NCBI GenBank assembly: GCA_037146995.1 | Contig: JBAWWA010000006.1 | Coordinates: forward strand, 15,031-79,030 | Reading direction: 5' to 3' | DNA from: a bacterium | GTDB lineage: Bacteria > Patescibacteriota > Patescibacteriia > Patescibacteriales > GWE2-39-37 | Length of the DNA: 64,000 nucleotides | Shown here: piece by piece, positions 35,751-45,514 of the stretch | How the letters are laid out: the number at the start of each line of letters is the position of its first letter | How positions within the stretch are numbered: position 1 is the first letter of the stretch | Translations under genes and position numbers: made by a program | Notes under the pieces: model-generated | Seen by the model: the letters and a program-made list of their open reading frames with translations, nothing else | What the model was told of the DNA's origin: nothing | Databases searched by the model: none

Positions 35751-38677
35751 TGCAAAATGTTTTCAATGGCGGTAATGGAAAATTAATTTCAGGTGACATC
35801 GTTTACACTGTTGGAGTTGGATCAACTGCTGGATTGTCAGTGGGATTTGGCGGTGCAATTAAGGCCACGCAATTAAATCCAATTGCATTAGTTTTATATC
35901 CAAACACGGCCTTGTTGATGTCTGGACATGCGGCAGGTAATAATTATGGTTACGTTATTAATAACTGGTATAGTTCAAATAGCTTGTATTCAAGTGAATA
36001 TATTAATTTTTCTAAAATAAAAATCTTAGCTGAAGGTGATGGCACTGAATCAAGTTCAGGCGTGCATACTTTTAAAGGTAATAGAATTGTTGGTCTTGAA
36101 ATTACTGGTCCAACTGTATATGGAGGATATGGCGGAGCAATTTCTGGTTCAGGTGGGTTTGGCGGTGCTGGTGCAGGTGAAAATGCTGGTGGTGGAAAAT
36201 ATCTTGGAATCTATATGCATGACTATGGCTGGAAATCAACAACGGCGGGAGTTGGTAATTATGGCTGGATTTTTGTTAATAATGCTAGTGCTTGGACTGG
36301 ACCAAGTTGTGTAAACAGAAACCCAACAGCATGCGCTACTAATTGCATAGCTGGAGCGGATTGCACAACTGAACCCGGTGGCTGCACCTATGCCAATGTT
36401 AAATGTAAATATAGCGTGGATGGTTTTCAGCATCTTTACTATATTTCAGATCGTTCACCGGATGCTATTAATGGTTATGAGATTGGTTGGAATAATTTAA
36501 TTAACAATCCAATCTTATCAGGCATACATATTTATGATCAGGGTCCTAATATCGGAGGCTGGAACACGCCAATTATTATTCATGATAACTTAGTTAAAAA
36601 TCAAAGAGCTAGTTCCATTGATGTGGCATATCCGAAAGCGGATGTTGGTCCAAATGCTGGAACAGCTGCGCCAATCTATATTTATAATAATATTATTGTT
36701 AATGATGAAGGGGGTATTGATAATGGTTGGGCTTTGAACATTCAAGGCTCTGGAGATGCTAAAGTTTATAATAATACGGTGCATGGATTTCGCTATATTA
36801 ACATTATGCGACCTGCAACTTCTGATTATCGCAATAATTTGATGGTAGAAGCTGATTTGCCAATTGATTATCATTATTATATTTACGACACGCCAACCAC
36901 TAAAAGTAATAATCTTTTTTACGGCACTCATTCATCTCCCATGCCAGCTTGGTTTTCTGCTGGAGCGGGGGATTTAAACACAGATCCTCTTTTTACTAAT
37001 GCTGCAAGTTATGATTTTTCCTTGCAAGCAACAAGTCCTGCAAAAACTGCAGGAACAGATGTCACACTTGCAACTGCTCCAACTGATTTCTATGGTCAAC
37101 CACGTCCAGCTGGCAGTGTCAGTATGGGTGCTATTCAATATATTAATAATGACAAGCTCTTGCAACAATCTGATCTGGAATATTTAGGAGCTTTTCGTGT
37201 GCCCAAGGGAAAATATGGTGCTTCTACTGGGTCAGCTTCCTTGAGCTATGGCGGCGGTCCTATTGCCTATAATAAAATAAATGATTCTTTGTTTATGTAT
37301 GGACAAGGAAAATTGCTTTTAGAGATATCCATTCCCCAAGTTTTTAATACCACTAATATGGCCGCACTTAGCACAGCCAATTTGCTTCAACCCTCGGTGG
37401 ATATTGCGGATGGAAATTGGAATAATGTCGGAACTGCATATGCGCCGATAGGTAACGGTGCCGTGCCACGAGGGCTATTGCTTTGGAATGGCAAATTATT
37501 AGGCTCTGATTCTGGTGTTTATGACGCCGACAATCAACAGATTTATTCGCATTTTCTAGCCAATGCAAATTGGAGTAGTAGCACGGGATTCTCGGGATTT
37601 TACAAACTGAGCACGGAGCCGATTGCTGCGATTACTAATAGGGCGGGTTTTGTGGCTGGTTTTATGGGTGATATTCCTGTTTCATGGCAGAGTGGGCTTG
37701 GCGGAACAGTGCTGACTGGTGAAAAAACCCTTAGTATTATTGGAAGGTCATCCTTTGGCCCAGCAGCCTTTGCCTTTAATCCCTCAGACATTGGAACTGT
37801 TGATCCAATTTCAACTCAAGGATTAATGTATTATCCCGCAACGCATCCAACATTGGGTCAATATTCTGTTGATAGTATAAATCCAGCCTTTAATAGAGCG
37901 ACTCAAATTAGTGGGCTGGTTTTTCCAGAAGGAAGTCGTAGTGTTCTTTATTTTGGATCGACTGGTCTTGGCTCTTCTTGTTATGGCGAAGGTACGGCCA
38001 CGGCAACCTTAGATAATACTTTTGTTAGCGAAGTTGTAGCCAGTAGTGCCTCAACCTTGACTATAGATACATCGTCCAAGGTGTTGCAGATTCCCGCTGG
38101 TCTCAATACTACTGATGGCGCGTATGTAATGTTGAAACCAACAGCCAATTTGACAAATCATGTTTATGGCATAATTACGGCTTACAACGGAACCACTCTA
38201 AGTTTAGATGTTGTAACAGGCGGTATTCTGGGTTCAGGAACATATAGCGACTGGGAAGTGCATCTAGCGACAAGCAGTGGTCTTAATTCCGTAAGATATT
38301 GTTATGATCCAACTAGTAGTAGCAAAGGTGACCATGCTTATCCGTATGCTTATTTTGTCTGGGCTTACGATGCTAATGATTTTTTGAAGGTTAAAAATGG
38401 TGATATAAATCAAGCCACCGGGTTAGCCTATAAGCCATGGGAAATTGTACCTTACGCCACTTGGCAACTGGATTTTCCATTTGCTATTGAGTACAAAGAT
38501 ATTTTAGGTGCAGCTTATGATTCAAGTACACAGAGGCTCTTTTTGTCAGAAAAATACGGAGATAGACCGGCTGGTTCGGAGCCATATCCTCTAGTTCAAG
38601 TTTATCACTTGAATTTGAATCCGGTGGTCTCGGATAAAGCTGCTCCGCAAGCACCTAGTGGCTTAGAGGTTAGATAA
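35261..38677 (+). CDS. secreted IPT/TIG + parallel beta-helix protein with an about 500-aa extra C-terminal region (long paralog)
   Basis: The first about 165 aa are nearly identical to ORF 30501. Beta-helix turns IHDNLVKN, IYNNIIVND, VYNNTVHG, and the same cap motif DPLFTNAASYDFSLQATSPAKTAG. Tail APQAPSGLEVR-stop. Confidence 0.7.
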   Translation: MQKQVLKLILFLSFFLILPNLTQAAPIPVLNFSDIESGPKVGNTDGVGSGAIVTIWGNYLGSATGASKVYVGNVEATAIYYWKNADGQLPSGPADLYSSHKMQEIAFAIPATAPDGLTTIKVVVNGIETNALPFTVRAGNIYFIKAGGNDTTGNGSWGNAWGALQNVFNGGNGKLISGDIVYTVGVGSTAGLSVGFGGAIKATQLNPIALVLYPNTALLMSGHAAGNNYGYVINNWYSSNSLYSSEYINFSKIKILAEGDGTESSSGVHTFKGNRIVGLEITGPTVYGGYGGAISGSGGFGGAGAGENAGGGKYLGIYMHDYGWKSTTAGVGNYGWIFVNNASAWTGPSCVNRNPTACATNCIAGADCTTEPGGCTYANVKCKYSVDGFQHLYYISDRSPDAINGYEIGWNNLINNPILSGIHIYDQGPNIGGWNTPIIIHDNLVKNQRASSIDVAYPKADVGPNAGTAAPIYIYNNIIVNDEGGIDNGWALNIQGSGDAKVYNNTVHGFRYINIMRPATSDYRNNLMVEADLPIDYHYYIYDTPTTKSNNLFYGTHSSPMPAWFSAGAGDLNTDPLFTNAASYDFSLQATSPAKTAGTDVTLATAPTDFYGQPRPAGSVSMGAIQYINNDKLLQQSDLEYLGAFRVPKGKYGASTGSASLSYGGGPIAYNKINDSLFMYGQGKLLLEISIPQVFNTTNMAALSTANLLQPSVDIADGNWNNVGTAYAPIGNGAVPRGLLLWNGKLLGSDSGVYDADNQQIYSHFLANANWSSSTGFSGFYKLSTEPIAAITNRAGFVAGFMGDIPVSWQSGLGGTVLTGEKTLSIIGRSSFGPAAFAFNPSDIGTVDPISTQGLMYYPATHPTLGQYSVDSINPAFNRATQISGLVFPEGSRSVLYFGSTGLGSSCYGEGTATATLDNTFVSEVVASSASTLTIDTSSKVLQIPAGLNTTDGAYVMLKPTANLTNHVYGIITAYNGTTLSLDVVTGGILGSGTYSDWEVHLATSSGLNSVRYCYDPTSSSKGDHAYPYAYFVWAYDANDFLKVKNGDINQATGLAYKPWEIVPYATWQLDFPFAIEYKDILGAAYDSSTQRLFLSEKYGDRPAGSEPYPLVQVYHLNLNPVVSDKAAPQAPSGLEVR

Positions 38678-38830
38678 TATTTTTTTGAAGTGATTTCTTT
38701 TAGCTGCCTTACCTCTCCACTGAGAAGCTTGGTTTTTATTGGTCAGGGTGAGAAATTTGGTATTTTGTGACAACCTTGTATATTTTGCGCTAAAATTATA
38801 TAATCTTAAAGATTGAAAAAGTAATAATAT

Positions 38831-40684
38831 ATGATGAATATGAAAATTTTTGTTAAACAATTTGCCCTGATTTTTGTGGTTTTTGTCCTGATTTCAGCGG
38901 CTTTTAGCATGTACAAGGGGGGTGTCAAACCTGAGCAGATAGGACTTGAGCAGTTGGTTAATGAAATAAATGCCGGCCAAGTCGAATCTATAGATATCAG
39001 TGGTGATATTTTGTCTATAAAATTAAAGGATAATAAGATTCAGTCAGTGACCAAAGAGGCCGGTCAGCCATTATCCGAACTACTCAAAAGCTTTGGCGTA
39101 TCACCAGAAAAAATGACCGCGGTCAAGACAGCGGTCAAGACGGAGAGCGGTACTACTTATTGGATAAATGCTTTGTTACCGATTTTGTTGCCATTCTTGC
39201 TGATTGCCGTGTTTATTTATTTTATGATGCGTCAGGTGCAAGGGGCAAATAAAAATGCCATGATGTTCGGTCAGTCGCAGGCTAAGGAGTTTGATTCCAA
39301 GGGCAAGGAAAAGGTTAGTTTTAAGGATGTAGCTGGAGCTAAAGAGGCAAAAGAAGAATTAAAGGAAGTGGTGGAATTTTTGAAACAACCGAAGAAATTC
39401 CTTGACTTGGGAGCGCGTATTCCGCGTGGTGTCTTGTTGCTTGGTTCTCCAGGAACGGGCAAAACTTTGCTCGCCAGAGCCGTGGCCGGTGAGGCTAATG
39501 TACCATTTTTATCGATCTCAGGTTCAGAGTTTGTGGAGATGTTTGTTGGTGTTGGTGCCTCTCGAGTGCGAGATTTGTTTAAAAGGGCTAAAAAAATGGC
39601 ACCTTGTATTATTTTTGTTGATGAAATCGATGCCGTTGGACGTCGTCGTGGAGCTGGTCTGGGTGGATCGCATGACGAACGCGAGCAGACGCTCAACCAA
39701 ATACTGGTGGAAATGGATGGTTTTGATCAAAACGCCAATGTAATTGTGATTGCCGCTACTAATCGGCCTGACGTACTTGACCCAGCCTTGCTGCGTCCTG
39801 GTAGATTTGATCGTCAGGTTATGCTTGATGAGCCTGATTTGAATGATAGGGAGGCTATTTTACAGGTTCATGTGACTAAAAAGCCACTCGACACTGATGT
39901 TGATTTACGTAAAATTGCTCAGCGAACACCAGGCTTTTCTGGGGCTGACTTGATGAATCTGCTCAATGAGGCGGCCATTTTAACAGCCAGGCACAATAAG
40001 AAATTAATCACCATGGATGACGTTATTGAAAGCATCGAAAAGGTTATGCTTGGGCCTGCCAGACGAAGTCGAGTTATTACCCAAAAAGAAAAAGATATAA
40101 CTGCTTATCATGAAGCTGGGCACGCCGTAGTGGCACATTTATTACCCAACACTGACCCTGTGCATAAGATTTCAATTATTTCTCGTGGACGGGCTGGTGG
40201 TTATACTTTGAAATTGCCAATTGAGGATCGACATATGCGCAGCCGGACAGAATTTATTGAGGAGGTGGCAGTGCTGCTTGGTGGTAATGTCGCCGAACAG
40301 GCTTTTTTCGGAGATGTGACGACTGGGGCGAGTTCAGATTTGCGCCGAGCGACCGAGGTGGCTAGACGCCTAGTGACCGATTACGGTATGAGTGCCAAAT
40401 TAGGTCTGCGCACCTTTGGTCAGAAGGAGGAAATGGTCTTTTTAGGTCGAGAAATTCACGAGCAACGTGATTATAGTGAAAAAACAGCTGAATTAATTGA
40501 TATTGAGATCAGTGCGATTATTGAACAAGCTACTAAAATGGCAGAGGATATTATAACCAAGCAGGCTGACAAGATAAAGGCTGTAGTTGCGGAATTGGTG
40601 GAAAAAGAGACTATTGAACAGGATCGTTTTATTGAAATTGTGGGGCTAAAAAAGGGGGAGTTTGCTAATGTTGCTAAAAAATAA
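38831..40684 (+). CDS. ftsH: ATP-dependent zinc metalloprotease FtsH
   Basis: Two TM helices, Walker A GSPGTGKT, Walker [14 protein letters not shown] region, zinc motif HEAGHA. Confidence 0.95.
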   Translation: MMNMKIFVKQFALIFVVFVLISAAFSMYKGGVKPEQIGLEQLVNEINAGQVESIDISGDILSIKLKDNKIQSVTKEAGQPLSELLKSFGVSPEKMTAVKTAVKTESGTTYWINALLPILLPFLLIAVFIYFMMRQVQGANKNAMMFGQSQAKEFDSKGKEKVSFKDVAGAKEAKEELKEVVEFLKQPKKFLDLGARIPRGVLLLGSPGTGKTLLARAVAGEANVPFLSISGSEFVEMFVGVGASRVRDLFKRAKKMAPCIIFVDEIDAVGRRRGAGLGGSHDEREQTLNQILVEMDGFDQNANVIVIAATNRPDVLDPALLRPGRFDRQVMLDEPDLNDREAILQVHVTKKPLDTDVDLRKIAQRTPGFSGADLMNLLNEAAILTARHNKKLITMDDVIESIEKVMLGPARRSRVITQKEKDITAYHEAGHAVVAHLLPNTDPVHKISIISRGRAGGYTLKLPIEDRHMRSRTEFIEEVAVLLGGNVAEQAFFGDVTTGASSDLRRATEVARRLVTDYGMSAKLGLRTFGQKEEMVFLGREIHEQRDYSEKTAELIDIEISAIIEQATKMAEDIITKQADKIKAVVAELVEKETIEQDRFIEIVGLKKGEFANVAKK

Positions 40685-40777
40685 TAAATAATTATTATAG
40701 TTATAGAATTAAAAAAGGCTTACTGCATTTTTCATTTTATGTTATAATATTTTTATAACTTATTAACAAGGAGATTT

Positions 40778-41752
40778 ATGTCGCTTTATCGTAATATTTT
40801 AAGTCAAGCTCTAAAAACCAGTTGGAACAATAAATATTTATGGTTTTTTGGTTTATTTGCTTCACTCATTGGCTCCGGTGGTTTTGAGATAGTCGGACAA
40901 AGCGCAAGTAGTAGTTCTGAAACGGTCATGCAGATCGCTCAGCTCCTGGATAAGAATTTTTTTAGCATGCAGACCTTGGCCAATACCAAGGATATATTTG
41001 TCAATCAACCGCTGAATATGGCAATATTGATTCTGGTCTATCTAATTGTTTTTGCGATTGCATTGTTTGTTATTTGGCTGGCGACAGTTTCGCAAGTGGC
41101 GATAGTCAAGGGTAGTGCAATGGCGATTGCCAAGGAAAAACACAGTTTTTCTTCAACGATCGAGATTGGTACGAAGAAGTTTTTACCAGTCTTGATGCTT
41201 AATGTCATGATTAAATTGGTTTTTGTAATCATGCTGTTTTTTGTTAATTTGCCTTTGTTAATCGGTGTTTTTAGCGGTCAGTCAACCGGTCTTAGCTTTT
41301 TGTATATTTTGGTGTATGTTTTGGTGGTGCCGACGTTGCTTTTATTCTCCTTTATTATCAAATACGTTATTGCCTTTGTGGTTTTGAAGAACGATGATTT
41401 AGGTATGGCTATCAAACGCAGTTTGCAATTATTCAAGCGTAATTGGTTAATTAGTATTGAAATGTCTTTACTGCAGTTCGTTATTAGTTTTGTGGTCTCT
41501 ATATTGGCGATTCTGATCTTGTCTGCGATGTATTGGCCAGTTGCTCTAGTGGCGAGTGTGGTTATGTCATCAGTTGGTATTTTTGGCGCTATTTCCATTC
41601 TGTTTATTGCTGCAGTTTTGGCCATTATGTTTTTGGCTTTCGTTGGCGCTTTTGACTCGACTTTTCAGATTGCGGCCTGGACTGGTTTATTTGTCGAATT
41701 GACCGGCCGTGGCGGTGAAAGTAAATTACAACGAGTTTTTAGAAGAAAATAG
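40778..41752 (+). CDS. hypothetical polytopic membrane protein
   Basis: 324-aa ORF with about 7 hydrophobic helices. A terminator follows. Confidence 0.5.
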   Translation: MSLYRNILSQALKTSWNNKYLWFFGLFASLIGSGGFEIVGQSASSSSETVMQIAQLLDKNFFSMQTLANTKDIFVNQPLNMAILILVYLIVFAIALFVIWLATVSQVAIVKGSAMAIAKEKHSFSSTIEIGTKKFLPVLMLNVMIKLVFVIMLFFVNLPLLIGVFSGQSTGLSFLYILVYVLVVPTLLLFSFIIKYVIAFVVLKNDDLGMAIKRSLQLFKRNWLISIEMSLLQFVISFVVSILAILILSAMYWPVALVASVVMSSVGIFGAISILFIAAVLAIMFLAFVGAFDSTFQIAAWTGLFVELTGRGGESKLQRVFRRK

Positions 41753-41770
41753 TCGACTTTAAATAGTAAA

Positions 41771-41800
41771 AAATACTAACCCTGAGGTTGGTATTTTTTT
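41771..41800 (+). terminator. rho-independent terminator
   Basis: AAATACTAACC-CTGA-GGTTGGTATTT (one G-U pair) plus a T-run. Confidence 0.7.
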
Positions 41801-41823
41801 ATTTCTTAACTCGTGGGTGTATT

Positions 41824-41851
41824 TTGCTCAAGGTGTAGTTTATGCTATAAT
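41824..41851 (+). promoter_or_regulatory. candidate promoter of the tandem ATPase gene
   Basis: TTGCTC, 16 nt, TATAAT, 28 nt before the ATG. Confidence 0.45.
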
Positions 41852-41879
41852 TTAAGCGTAAAATTGTAATATTATATCT

Positions 41880-44800
41880 ATGCCTAATGGCATTCAATCA
41901 ATAGAAGATTTAATTCGGGCGTCTCGCGGACAAATCAAGGATGATCAAAGCGCTCAGGCGAAATTTGCAGCCAAACAGATTCAAATTAGCGTCAAAGACA
42001 AAGAAAAATCAGCAGCTATAAAAGCTGCTAGTCTGGGGTTGCCTTATATGGATCTTTTTGCCTTTCCTATGAGTCCGGAAGGCCTGGTTTTGATACCCGA
42101 AGAGCAATCAATCGCTCAATCGACCGTCTGTTTTTATTTTGATGGCGGCAGCTTTAGGGTAGCCACCACTAATCCTACCGAGCAAACTCTAGAGATTATC
42201 AGTACGATTGAAGCCAAAACTTTTGCTAAAGGTCAGTTATATTTTATTTCTGAACGTAGTTTGAAGTACGCTCTGGATATGTATAAAATTATTCCTAAGG
42301 TTGATAAGACGGCTTCGGGAGTCAAGATTGAAGCGGCGGATCTCGAGCGTTTCAAGGAGCAAATTGTTGATTATCGCAGTTTGAATGAAATGATAAATAC
42401 GGTCAGCATCAGTGATATTGTAACTTTGTTGATTGCCACGGCCTTAAAAGTGGGGACGAGTGATATTCATATTGAGGCCGAGGAACGTGGAACGGTGGTT
42501 AGGTTACGTATTGATGGTATTTTGCAGGAGGCAGCGGTGATAGATAGAGAAAAATGGCCGCGGATTATTTCTCGCATGAAGTTACTTGCTAAGGTAAAAT
42601 TGAATGTAACAGGCAAGCCGCAAGATGGTCGCTATAATATTGAAATGCCGGATGAAAAGATTGCCGTGCGCTGTTCTTTTTTGCCGACAAGTTTTGGTGA
42701 GTCGGTAGTAATGCGTTTACTCAAATCCAGCTCTGTTGGTCTACCCTTTGAGGAGTTAGGCATGTCGGCGCGCGCCTTTGAGATTTTGGGTAAGGAAATT
42801 GAAAAACCCAATGGTTTAATTTTAACTACCGGTCCGACAGGGTCTGGCAAGACAACGACATTGTATGCGATTTTAAATAAAATCAATCAACCAGGGGTCA
42901 AAATTATTACGTTAGAGGATCCGGTTGAATTTCAGTTACCAGGTGTTAATCAAAGTCAGGTCGATGCTAGTAAGAATTATACTTTCGCCAATGGTTTGCG
43001 ATCGATTTTGCGCCAAGACCCTGACGTGGTGATGGTGGGTGAAATTCGTGATCTTGAAACAGCTGAAATATCGGTTCAAGCGGCTTTGACTGGCCATTTG
43101 GTGTTATCAACATTGCATACCAATGACGCCTCTGGGGTTATTCCACGTCTGATCGACATGGGGGTGAAGCCATATTTTTTGACGCCATCTATTAATGCCG
43201 TCATTGGTCAACGCTTGGTGCGCAAGCTTTGTAATAGCTGTAAGGTTGAAGATTTAGTTAGTGAAGAGGATTCGGAACGGGTTAATAAGATATTGGCAGT
43301 TATTTCCCCCAACGCCGGCGTTGATATACCGGCTGTCATGCCAAAATTGTACAAAGTCGGTCCAGGTTGTGATAAGTGTAAAAATAGTGGCTTTAAGGGG
43401 CGTGTTGGTATTTATGAGATATTTACGATGTCAGATGATCTCAAACAGCTAACCGCCGATGGTGCGCCAGCTTTTAAAATCATGCAAAAAGCTATAGAGA
43501 ATGGCATGGTGACTATGCTTCAAGACGGCGTCTTGAAAGCGATGGCGGGTCAAACTAGTTTAGAGGAGATCTACCGTGTTATTGGCAAATTTGACTATAT
43601 CGATGCATTGTATGATGTGGTCGTCTCTAATACTGTAGGTCGAGGCGTCAAGATTAAGGCTGATATTTATGAGCAGGCCTTAGAGTTGTCAAAAAATCTC
43701 ATTAATCTTGGTTCAGCCCTCGAGGCGACGCCAACCAAGCAAATGCTTGATTTGATTTTTGCTGTGGCTATTCGCGTTGAGGCGGGTGATGTACATATTG
43801 ATCCGACTGAGCATGGCGTAAAAGTGCGCTTTCGTATTGATGGCGTGATGAATGATATAGTTAAGCTTGGTAAGGAGCATTACATTCCCTTGATGTCGAA
43901 TATCAAGAGTCTGGCTGGTTTTTCGATGAGCGAAAAAAGACCGACTTACGATGGACGCTTTTCAATTACCGTGGCTGAAAAAAATATGGATTGTCGATTA
44001 TCTATTATCTCTGGTGGCTATGGAGAGACGGCAGTTATTCGCGTTTTAGCCAATGAGGCGGCAAATCTGGATATGGAAAAATTAGGCATTAACGACGCGG
44101 CCTTAATGGCACTAAAGCGTTCGATCAAGAAAACTAAAGGCATGATCGTGACCACTGGTCCGACTGGCTCGGGTAAAACGACTACACTTTATAGTGTTTT
44201 AAATAAGCTAAATAGCTCTTACGTCAAGATTATTACTATTGAAGACCCGATCGAGTATCATCTCGAGGGTATTATGCAGACTCAGATTGATACGGCAGGT
44301 GGCTATACTTTTGCTGCTGCTTTACGCTCTTTGATGCGCCAAAATCCTAACGTCATTATGGTAGGTGAGATTCGCGATGATGAAACGGCTAAAACCGCTG
44401 TTGAAGCGGCCATGACTGGTCATCTCATGCTCTCGACCATCCATGCCAATAGTGCGGCCGGTGCGATTGCGCGTTTTGTTGGTTTGGGCGTCGAGCGTCA
44501 GGCTTTAGCGAGTTCGCTTGAGTGTGTGGTCGGTCAGCGGTTAGTGCGTCGAATTTGCACACATTGCAAAGTCTCAGATGAATTATCGAGTGAGACAAAA
44601 ACCGAGCTCGAAGTGTATTTGACACAAATGAGAGCTCAGGGTACCTTTGATTTGCCGGCTGAATTGAAATTTTTCAAAGGTGCTGGTTGTGCGGAGTGTG
44701 GCGGTATTGGCTACAAAGGCAGGGTTGGCTTGTATGAGGTGATTGAGATGTCACCAGATATTCAAAAAATCATTCAACAAGAAAATGTCACTGACCATGA

Positions 44801-44912
44801 TATCGAAGAGGCAGCCATGAAAAATGGCACGGTTTTAATGTTGCAATACGGCATCATGAAGGCACTCTCTGGAGAGACTTCAATAAGTGAGGTCTTTAGG
44901 ACGGCAAAATAA
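41880..44912 (+). CDS. tandem-fused double GspE/PilB-family secretion ATPase (two complete ATPase units in one 1010-aa ORF)
   Basis: Unit 1 has a T2SSE_N/MshEN-like N-terminus, Walker A GPTGSGKTTT (nt 42831-42860), ITLEDPVEF, VVMVGEIRD, TGHLVLSTLHTND and CNSC...CDKC. Unit 2 has Walker A GPTGSGKTTT (nt 44157-44186), ITIEDPIEY, VIMVGEIRD, TGHLMLSTIHAN and CTHC...CAEC. The junction is near nt 43590, with no stop or frameshift. Confidence 0.8.
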   Translation: MPNGIQSIEDLIRASRGQIKDDQSAQAKFAAKQIQISVKDKEKSAAIKAASLGLPYMDLFAFPMSPEGLVLIPEEQSIAQSTVCFYFDGGSFRVATTNPTEQTLEIISTIEAKTFAKGQLYFISERSLKYALDMYKIIPKVDKTASGVKIEAADLERFKEQIVDYRSLNEMINTVSISDIVTLLIATALKVGTSDIHIEAEERGTVVRLRIDGILQEAAVIDREKWPRIISRMKLLAKVKLNVTGKPQDGRYNIEMPDEKIAVRCSFLPTSFGESVVMRLLKSSSVGLPFEELGMSARAFEILGKEIEKPNGLILTTGPTGSGKTTTLYAILNKINQPGVKIITLEDPVEFQLPGVNQSQVDASKNYTFANGLRSILRQDPDVVMVGEIRDLETAEISVQAALTGHLVLSTLHTNDASGVIPRLIDMGVKPYFLTPSINAVIGQRLVRKLCNSCKVEDLVSEEDSERVNKILAVISPNAGVDIPAVMPKLYKVGPGCDKCKNSGFKGRVGIYEIFTMSDDLKQLTADGAPAFKIMQKAIENGMVTMLQDGVLKAMAGQTSLEEIYRVIGKFDYIDALYDVVVSNTVGRGVKIKADIYEQALELSKNLINLGSALEATPTKQMLDLIFAVAIRVEAGDVHIDPTEHGVKVRFRIDGVMNDIVKLGKEHYIPLMSNIKSLAGFSMSEKRPTYDGRFSITVAEKNMDCRLSIISGGYGETAVIRVLANEAANLDMEKLGINDAALMALKRSIKKTKGMIVTTGPTGSGKTTTLYSVLNKLNSSYVKIITIEDPIEYHLEGIMQTQIDTAGGYTFAAALRSLMRQNPNVIMVGEIRDDETAKTAVEAAMTGHLMLSTIHANSAAGAIARFVGLGVERQALASSLECVVGQRLVRRICTHCKVSDELSSETKTELEVYLTQMRAQGTFDLPAELKFFKGAGCAECGGIGYKGRVGLYEVIEMSPDIQKIIQQENVTDHDIEEAAMKNGTVLMLQYGIMKALSGETSISEVFRTAK

Positions 44913-44938
44913 TAAAAAAAGTAACAATAATCTAAATT

Positions 44939-45514
44939 ATGTCCACAAAATATTTTGAGCAACTCCTCAAGGATTATTCATACTTTAACAAGACACGACG
45001 CGAAATCATTGGCTTGTCTGCTGACGCTCTGCATAAATCAAAAATTGCCATTTTTACGATGCATCGCGGTCAATTTAATGAGGCCAAGATTCTATTATTA
45101 GAGATAGAGACGATATTTAAAAACTTAGAAAAAAATTTCAAGCAAAGTCCTGGATTACGTTATGAAGGGAGTTATCGGGCAGCGCTCGAGGAATATGCCG
45201 AGGCCAAGATTTTTTGCGAATTAGCAATCAAAGGTCAGGCAAGTGCGATCAAAGAGATAAAGATAGATTTTGATACCTATTTGGCCGGCTTGTGTGATGC
45301 GACAGGTGAGATGGTTCGACTTGCAACCAAAGAAGCAACCAATGGCAACTTGGAGGAGGTAACCAAAATAAAAGACCTGGTGACTGAAGTGATTGGTGAA
45401 TTAGTCGTTTTTAACTTGACCTCATATTTGCGGACGAAGTATGATCAAGCCAAGACGAATTTACGCCGACTTGAGCAGATGGTTTATGAAATAAAACTTA
45501 GAGAAATAAAATAA
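44939..45514 (+). CDS. translin-family protein (tentative)
   Basis: 191-aa all-helical ORF. The motif YLAGLCDATGEMVRLATKEA resembles the translin/TRAX signature (GL.DLTGEL.R). Confidence 0.55.
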   Translation: MSTKYFEQLLKDYSYFNKTRREIIGLSADALHKSKIAIFTMHRGQFNEAKILLLEIETIFKNLEKNFKQSPGLRYEGSYRAALEEYAEAKIFCELAIKGQASAIKEIKIDFDTYLAGLCDATGEMVRLATKEATNGNLEEVTKIKDLVTEVIGELVVFNLTSYLRTKYDQAKTNLRRLEQMVYEIKLREIK

